Source of the DNA: Candidatus Iainarchaeum sp.
GTDB taxonomy: Archaea > Iainarchaeota > Iainarchaeia > Iainarchaeales > CSSED10-239
NCBI GenBank assembly: GCA_028700115.1
Contig: JAQVTI010000014.1
Span: 1-23,003 of the forward strand
DNA length: 23,003 bases
Reading direction: 5' to 3'
Numbering within the stretch: the stretch's first letter is position 1; each line of letters starts with the position of its first letter. Below the pieces are notes generated by a model, which saw only the letters and a list, made by a program, of their open reading frames with translations, had not been told where the DNA came from and searched no databases. Made by a program: the position numbers and the translations under genes. Below, in pieces: positions 16,995 through 23,003 of this stretch.

Positions 16995-17594
16995 ATGTTT
17001 TTATATTCTTATACAAAAGAATATAGGATAAATATGTATAAATTAATTTTTCTTTCAGTTTTTATTTTATTATATTATTTTTTATTTTCAAATAAATTAA
17101 CTAAGCACTTTAATACAACTAAAGAAACAATAAATATGTTTAAAACAGATTTTTGGACATCTTTTTATTTTACTATATTTTATATTTGTATAATGATTTC
17201 TTTTATGTATTATTTTTTTTATACAGACATATATTATCTTAACTTAATTTCATTATTATGGTTTATTTCAATTATTTTTGCATGCTTTTTAGAATATAGA
17301 GGAATTAAAGATTTAAAAGAAAATTATTATCCACAAATTAAAAAAGAGAAATATCTTATTACAAGTGGAATTTTTAAAATAATAAGACATCCAATTTATA
17401 CTTCAGCAATATTTTTAGGTCTTGGAATAATTGGTTTTTTATCAACTAAGTTGTTAATATATTTATTTCCAATTATTTTGTTTGTTGTAATTATTAAAAT
17501 TGAAAAAGAAGATATATATTTAGAAAAAAGATTTGGAAAAGAATTTAAAAAATACAAGCAAATGTCATATAAATTAATTCCATATTTATATTGA
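16995..17594 (+). CDS. ICMT/PEMT-like membrane protein (putative methyltransferase)
   Basis: C-terminal LITSGIFKIIRHPIYTSAIFLGLG...EKEDIYLEKRFGKEFKKYKQM signature. Confidence 0.8.
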   Translation: MFLYSYTKEYRINMYKLIFLSVFILLYYFLFSNKLTKHFNTTKETINMFKTDFWTSFYFTIFYICIMISFMYYFFYTDIYYLNLISLLWFISIIFACFLEYRGIKDLKENYYPQIKKEKYLITSGIFKIIRHPIYTSAIFLGLGIIGFLSTKLLIYLFPIILFVVIIKIEKEDIYLEKRFGKEFKKYKQMSYKLIPYLY

Positions 17595-17602
17595 TGATAT
17601 TT

Positions 17603-18934
17603 ATGAATAGACTTAGAATTTTAAAAGAAAAAGATATAAAAAAAGGAAAAGACATAGTTTATTGGATGTCTAGAGATCAAAGAGTAAAAAATAACTGGTC
17701 TTTAATCTATGCTCAAAATCTTGCAAAAAAATATAATCTTAATTTAAAAGTTATTTTTTGTTTAGTTAAAGATTTTTTAAAAGCAACAGATTCTCATTAC
17801 ACATTTATGCTTGAAGGTTTAAAACTAGTTGAAAATGATCTTTTTAAAAAAAATATTTCCTTTGAATTATTAATTTGTAAGGATATTTCAAATGATTTAT
17901 TAAAATATATTAAAGAAAATACTACAATTTTATTAACAGATTTTGATCCTTTAAAAATTAAAAAAGAATGGAAAAAACAAATTTTAAAAGATATTAATTG
18001 TTCTTTTTATGAAGTTGATTCTCATAATATAATTCCAGTTTGGACAGTTTCTGAAAAACAAGAATATGGGGCATATACAATAAGACCTAAATTAAATAAA
18101 TTACTACCTTTATATTTAGAAGATTTCCCAAAAATTAGAAAAGAAGATAAAAAAATAAAAAAACCAAATGTAAATTGGGCTAAATTAATAGATTTAAAAA
18201 AGAAAAATAAATATTTTGAATCAGGAGAGTTTGCTGCAAGTATGGTTTTGAAAAATTTTATTATAGATAAATTTGAAAAATATTATATTTTAAGAAATGA
18301 TCCTTCAATAAATTATATTTCAAATTTATCTATGTATCTTCATTTTGGTCAAATTTCTTCTCAACAAATTGCTTTAGAAATAAATAAATTAAATAATTTA
18401 AAATATGAACAAAGTAAAAGTTATTTTTTAGAAGAATTAATTATAAGAAAGGAACTTTCAGATAATTTTTGTAATTATAATAAAGATTATGATAATTTTA
18501 ATGGATTTCCAAATTGGGCAAAAGAAACTTTAAAAAAACATGAAAATGATAAAAGAAAATATATTTATTCTCTAAAAGATTTAGAAAATTATAAAACACA
18601 TGATCCTTTATGGAATGCTTCTCAAAAAGAATTGGTTTTAACAGGTAAAATGCATGGATATCTTAGAATGTATTGGGCAAAAAAGATATTAGAATGGACT
18701 AAAGATTCTAAAGAGGCTCAAAAAATATCTATTTATTTAAATAATAAATTTGAAATGGATGGAAGAGATCCTAATGGATATACAGGAATTGCTTGGGCAA
18801 TTGGTGGGGTTCATGATAGAGCTTGGTTTGAAAGAGATATTTTTGGGAAAATAAGATATATGTCTTTTAATAATACTTCTAAAAAGTTTGATTATAAAAA
18901 ATATATAGAAAATGTAAATAATTTAGATAAATAG
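17603..18934 (+). CDS. phr: Class II CPD photolyase
   Basis: VYWMSRDQRVKNNWSLIYAQNLA, TGKMHGYLRMYWAKKILEW, GRDPNGYTGIAWAIGGVHDRAWFERDIFGKIRYM. ATG 17603 preferred over the TTG at 17591. Confidence 0.93.
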   Translation: MNRLRILKEKDIKKGKDIVYWMSRDQRVKNNWSLIYAQNLAKKYNLNLKVIFCLVKDFLKATDSHYTFMLEGLKLVENDLFKKNISFELLICKDISNDLLKYIKENTTILLTDFDPLKIKKEWKKQILKDINCSFYEVDSHNIIPVWTVSEKQEYGAYTIRPKLNKLLPLYLEDFPKIRKEDKKIKKPNVNWAKLIDLKKKNKYFESGEFAASMVLKNFIIDKFEKYYILRNDPSINYISNLSMYLHFGQISSQQIALEINKLNNLKYEQSKSYFLEELIIRKELSDNFCNYNKDYDNFNGFPNWAKETLKKHENDKRKYIYSLKDLENYKTHDPLWNASQKELVLTGKMHGYLRMYWAKKILEWTKDSKEAQKISIYLNNKFEMDGRDPNGYTGIAWAIGGVHDRAWFERDIFGKIRYMSFNNTSKKFDYKKYIENVNNLDK

Positions 18935-19438
18935 TTACATTTTATTCTTAGATCCAAAAACAAATTCTCTATGTCCAAAATATTTATAAAAATTCATGAA
19001 AAGATCAGAGATTAGTTTAGACAAAATAAAACCAAGTCCAACATATTCTACAAAAAAAATCATTAATATTAAAACTAAAACTACACTTGTTATATTTACA
19101 AAATAATATTTAAAAAAAGAAATTATGTTTTCAATACTAAAAGGTTTTACCTTATATTTAAATGCAAATTTTTTATGTACATTATAATTAGTAAACCCTC
19201 TTGCAATATCAGAAATAACTGCAGCTAATATATAATATAAACCAAGTATATTAGATAAAGTATAAAGTAAAATAATATCTACAAAAGTACCACAAAGACC
19301 TAAAACTGCATATTTTAAAAATCTTCTATATCTATAAAAAAATGGTTTATCAATTATAAAATAATAGATTTTATGAAAAGAAGATTGTTTTTTTTTATTT
19401 AATAAAGATTTATAAAATATATGTTTTATTTTAGTCAT
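18935..19438 (-). CDS. GtrA-like family protein
   Basis: RRFLKYAVLGLCGTFVDIILLYTLSNILG...ISDIARGFTNYNVHKKFAF. Confidence 0.85.
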   Translation of the reverse strand: MTKIKHIFYKSLLNKKKQSSFHKIYYFIIDKPFFYRYRRFLKYAVLGLCGTFVDIILLYTLSNILGLYYILAAVISDIARGFTNYNVHKKFAFKYKVKPFSIENIISFFKYYFVNITSVVLVLILMIFFVEYVGLGFILSKLISDLFMNFYKYFGHREFVFGSKNKM

Positions 19439-19458
19439 TTACAATCCTTATATTTTAG

Positions 19459-20313
19459 TTATTTTCTATGTCTAAATTTAAAATTAAAAAAACGAAGTTT
19501 TGTTTTTTTTATTTTATTTATTTGTTTATTTAATAGTTCTTGTTTCGTTCTTTCTAATTCTTGTTCTTTAAATTTTATATATTTATTATGATATTCTGCA
19601 ATTAATTCTCTTCTATCAGGATTATTTAAAGATTTATTTAAAATGTTTATTTTATTTAAAACATCTTTATAATGATCCATAACATTATTTAATAATTTTT
19701 TATCATAATTTTTATCTTCTTTTGATTTTTTTAATATTTTTTCATAATTTAATTTAGATTGATATAATTCTGTAAGATATAATTCATCTTCATTTAATTT
19801 TATTCCAGACATTTTTTTTTGTTTAACTTTTTCAATAAATTTTTCGCCAAAGCCACCAGTAACATGTATAGCTCCAGTTATTCTATAAGTTATATAATCA
19901 TACCCTTTACTTGTAAGTTTTATTTTTTCAGGATGTATTTTATTTATTTTTTCGATTCCATTTAAAATAGATTCAACATTTGGTTTAATATTAGGCATAT
20001 TTTCTAAAAATTGAGGGGCATTTTTTCTATCTAAAAATAATATTTTTGATTTATTTGATGAAAATAATTGTAATCCTATTTCAAATAATTTTGTATAATT
20101 TGAAAAATATGGGTCAATTACATAAAATTGTGCATTTTGTTTTTTATTATATTCAAATATTTTATTTGGATCTGAAAGAATAGTTATATTTAAAGGTCTT
20201 TCAAATTTAGACATACTTTTTAAAATAAACTCTTTTTTATTTAATTTTGTCTCTTTTCTTGCAAGAATTAAGATATTAGTATATCCTTTATTATTAAATG
20301 GTAATTTATTCAT
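19459..20313 (-). CDS. Unassigned two-part protein: alpha/beta-looking N-terminus, coiled-coil C-terminus
   Basis: 284-aa ORF, no family recognised by eye. Confidence 0.75.
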   Translation of the reverse strand: MNKLPFNNKGYTNILILARKETKLNKKEFILKSMSKFERPLNITILSDPNKIFEYNKKQNAQFYVIDPYFSNYTKLFEIGLQLFSSNKSKILFLDRKNAPQFLENMPNIKPNVESILNGIEKINKIHPEKIKLTSKGYDYITYRITGAIHVTGGFGEKFIEKVKQKKMSGIKLNEDELYLTELYQSKLNYEKILKKSKEDKNYDKKLLNNVMDHYKDVLNKINILNKSLNNPDRRELIAEYHNKYIKFKEQELERTKQELLNKQINKIKKTKLRFFNFKFRHRK

Positions 20314-20414
20314 ATATTATCAAAATGATTTATATATTTAATATTATATATAGAAAAGTATATAAATTAAAGATACTTATATATTATTAATAATTATTTA
20401 AAAAATAGATAGAT

Positions 20415-21452
20415 ATGAATAAAAATATAAATTTTAATAAAATAATAAGTATAATTTTACTTTCTATAATAGGTTTATTTTTAATTTATTATTTATATCC
20501 TTATATTAATGGTTTTTTAGGTGCAATTATTTTAGCAACCTTATTTATTCCTTTACAAAAATTATTTGTAAATAAATTTAAAATAAACTCAAAAATATCT
20601 GCTATAATTATTATAATTTTAACACTTGCATTAATTATTATTCCAAGTTTTTTTATAATAAAAACAGCATATATAGAAGGTACTCAAATTATAAATAATA
20701 CAAATACTACTTTTTTTAAAGAAATAAAATCTTTAAATTTAAATATTCCTTTAATTAATTTTGATAAAATTGTTTTAGATTTTATTCCTAAATTTACAAA
20801 TTGGATAACACATTTTTTTATAAGTGGTATAAATAATGTAGTTAAATCTGTAATTACAATTATAATAATGTATTTTGTTTTATTTTATCTTTTAGTATAT
20901 TATAAAGAAAATAAAGTTCTTTTAAAAAAATTATTACCTTTTAATAATAAAAATTCTGATATTTTATTAATTGAATTTAAAAAAATAACATATGCAACAA
21001 TAATTGCAACAGGACTTGTTGCTGTTTTCCAAGGATTTTTATTAAGTTTAAGTTTTTATTTTTTAGGTATTAATTATGCTGTATATTGGGGAATTTTAGC
21101 AGCAATTTTATCTTTTTTACCAGTAGTAGGTATTCCTTTAATATGGATTCCTTATGCAATTTTTTATTTATTGAAAAATAATATTTATTTAGCAATTGCT
21201 ATTATAGTAATAGGTTTATTTATAAATTATTCTGAATATTTTATAAGACCTTTATTACAAAAAAAAATGGGAAATTTACATCCTTTAGTTTCAATAATTG
21301 GTATTTTTGTAGGAATTCCTGCTTTTGGTATAATTGGAATTGTTATAGGACCTTTATTAATTTCTTATTTTATTTTAATTTATAAAATTTTTAAAGAAGA
21401 ATATATTTATGAAAATTCTGATAAAAAAAATAATTTTGAGAAAAAAAATTAA
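20415..21452 (+). CDS. AI-2E family transporter/PerM-like permease
   Basis: About eight TM segments; FFVLFYLLVYYKENKVLLKKLLPF, EYFIRPLLQKKMGNLHPLVSIIGIFVG...GIIGIVIGPLLISY typical of PF01594. Confidence 0.88.
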   Translation: MNKNINFNKIISIILLSIIGLFLIYYLYPYINGFLGAIILATLFIPLQKLFVNKFKINSKISAIIIIILTLALIIIPSFFIIKTAYIEGTQIINNTNTTFFKEIKSLNLNIPLINFDKIVLDFIPKFTNWITHFFISGINNVVKSVITIIIMYFVLFYLLVYYKENKVLLKKLLPFNNKNSDILLIEFKKITYATIIATGLVAVFQGFLLSLSFYFLGINYAVYWGILAAILSFLPVVGIPLIWIPYAIFYLLKNNIYLAIAIIVIGLFINYSEYFIRPLLQKKMGNLHPLVSIIGIFVGIPAFGIIGIVIGPLLISYFILIYKIFKEEYIYENSDKKNNFEKKN

Positions 21453-22687
21453 TGTTTTATTTTTTTAAAAACATATACTTTATCCCCTATTTTTGGGAGT
21501 TTAGTTAATTTTATTGCAACATTTTCTCCTTTTTGTGCTTTTTTCAAAAATACATTTACATCTTTTTGAATACTTGTAATTTTTTCTTCAATAACACCTG
21601 TTTTTGGTCCAATTATTAATAAAGTATCATTTAATTTAAAAGAATTATCTTGCATTTTAATTTCTGCAACATTAATTTTTTTATAAATTTTACATATTTT
21701 TCCTAAAAATATTTTTCTTTTTGTTGCTTTTGTACCATATGTATCATTCCATTCATTTAATGGATATCCCATATAAAATCCATCTGAAAATCCTCTATTA
21801 TAAACTGTTTTTAGTTCTTCTTCTAATTTATCTTTAATTTTTTTAGTTAATTTTTTATTTATTGCAAGATCTATTGCTTTTCTATAACATCTAGTAACAA
21901 CCTTAACATATTCTGGACTTCTTGCTCTTCCTTCTATTTTAAAAACTTCTATTCCTGCATAAATTAATTTATCTATAAATTTAATTGTAGATAAATCTTT
22001 TGGGCTTAAGATATAATTATTATATACATCTAATTCTTTTCCAGTTTCTTTATCTTTTATTAAATATTCTCTTCTACAAGGTTGTATACATTTCCCTCTA
22101 TTTGCAGAAGTTTTATTACCATATAAAAATTGAGATAAAAAACATCTCCCACTAATAGATACACACATTGCTCCATGAATAAATGTTTCTATTTCTATTT
22201 TTTTGGAAATTTTTTTAGCATGTTTTATAATTTGTTTAATTTGTTCTAAACTTAGTTCTCTTGCTAGAACAAATCTTTTTACTCCTTTTTTATAATATTC
22301 TTCTAATGCTAAAGAATTAGATACACTTGCTTGTGTACTTAAATGGACTTTTATTTTATATTTATTACATAATGAAATAACAGATAAATCCCATGCAATT
22401 ATTGCATCTATTCCATATTTTTTTGTTTTTTTAATTATATTTTCTATTTTTTTTATTTCTGTTTCAAAAATTATTGTATTTAATGTAAGATATACTTTTA
22501 TATTTTTTTTATGTGCAATTAAAATTAATTTTTTAAGTTCTATAAGAGTAAAATTATTTGCTCTTTCTCTCATATTTATTCCTTTAATTCCTAAATAAAT
22601 AGCATCACAACCAGCTTCTATTGATGAATAAAACATTTCCCAGGATCCAACTGGAGATAATAATATTGGTTTTTTCATTTTTATCAT
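21449..22687 (-). CDS. Peptidase U32 family protein
   Basis: LLSPVGSWEMFYSSIEAGCDAIYLG, VHLSTQASVSN, ETFIHGAMCVSISGRCFLSQF...NRGKCIQPCRREY, VFKIEGRARSPEYV. Confidence 0.92.
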   Translation of the reverse strand: MIKMKKPILLSPVGSWEMFYSSIEAGCDAIYLGIKGINMRERANNFTLIELKKLILIAHKKNIKVYLTLNTIIFETEIKKIENIIKKTKKYGIDAIIAWDLSVISLCNKYKIKVHLSTQASVSNSLALEEYYKKGVKRFVLARELSLEQIKQIIKHAKKISKKIEIETFIHGAMCVSISGRCFLSQFLYGNKTSANRGKCIQPCRREYLIKDKETGKELDVYNNYILSPKDLSTIKFIDKLIYAGIEVFKIEGRARSPEYVKVVTRCYRKAIDLAINKKLTKKIKDKLEEELKTVYNRGFSDGFYMGYPLNEWNDTYGTKATKRKIFLGKICKIYKKINVAEIKMQDNSFKLNDTLLIIGPKTGVIEEKITSIQKDVNVFLKKAQKGENVAIKLTKLPKIGDKVYVFKKIKH

Positions 22688-22700
22688 TTTTTAAATTTTA

Positions 22701-23003
22701 TTATTTTTCCAAATTTATATTTCTTAAATCAAAACTATATAATGGTAATTTTATATTATTAATTATTCTTTTATTTCCTAAAAGATCTATTACTTCAATA
22801 CCATTTATGTTTCTATAAAATTTATAACCTATTACTTTTTTTATATGTCTTTTTTTTAATTCAGTTATATATTTTTGATGTTCTTTTTTATTTATAGGAA
22901 TTGCATTTATAAATTTCATTAAATTTGGGTTTTCATCAGAAATCCATGTATGGCAATAAATTTTATTAGAATTGTATTCTTTTTGTAATTTTTTTAAAAA
23001 ATA
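22701..23003 (-). CDS. Unassigned protein, N-terminus beyond the window edge
   Basis: Same frame stays open from the track ORF start (22919) to 23003: YFLKKLQKEYNSNKIYCHTWISDENPNLMKFINAIP...; so the gene is longer than listed. Confidence 0.65.
   Translation of the reverse strand, partial: YFLKKLQKEYNSNKIYCHTWISDENPNLMKFINAIPINKKEHQKYITELKKRHIKKVIGYKFYRNINGIEVIDLLGNKRIINNIKLPLYSFDLRNINLEK

Noticed and set aside
18934-18935. Direct abutment of convergent photolyase and GtrA-like genes as something special
   Set aside because: Tight convergent spacing occurs elsewhere in the window (16355/16358, 21449/21452) and reflects genome compaction.
22621-22818. 65-aa plus-strand ORF in the track
   Set aside because: Overlaps two minus-strand genes antisense; low-complexity Phe/Ile-rich translation.

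Overview
AT-rich archaeal chromosomal window (DPANN-like, inferred from gene content, small gene sizes and composition). It starts inside an ftsZ gene that carries one in-frame TAA (238-240), with normal FtsZ sequence on both sides. Recognisable genes are a NUDIX hydrolase, a YbjQ-family protein, an APH-fold kinase, a DUF5654-like protein, a compact archaeal-type S-adenosylmethionine synthetase, a transglutaminase-like membrane protein, a membrane-anchored wHTH regulator, a COG2509-like FAD-dependent dehydrogenase, a peroxiredoxin, an ArsR-like wHTH membrane protein, a flavodoxin-fold oxidoreductase, an ICMT/PEMT-like protein, a class II photolyase, a GtrA-like protein, an AI-2E-family transporter and a U32 peptidase-family protein. 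No CRISPR array, rRNA, tRNA or transposase was recognised. The strongest leads are: (1) the ftsZ nonsense codon; (2) a run of four small basic unassigned proteins (2353-3853) followed by a ~0.8 kb non-coding region with a 13-bp inverted repeat, four copies of GTTATGTA/TACATAAC, a 14-nt direct repeat and a locally GC-richer structured segment; (3) a ribbon-helix-helix-like 51-aa ORF missing from the track (8480-8635, minus), divergent from the compact SAM synthetase, with duplicated operator-like TAGTWACTAAT sites between them; (4) a cell-surface gene group with GTTTCA repeats around its TATA-like element and a membrane wHTH gene next to it. All functional claims for the unassigned genes are inference.
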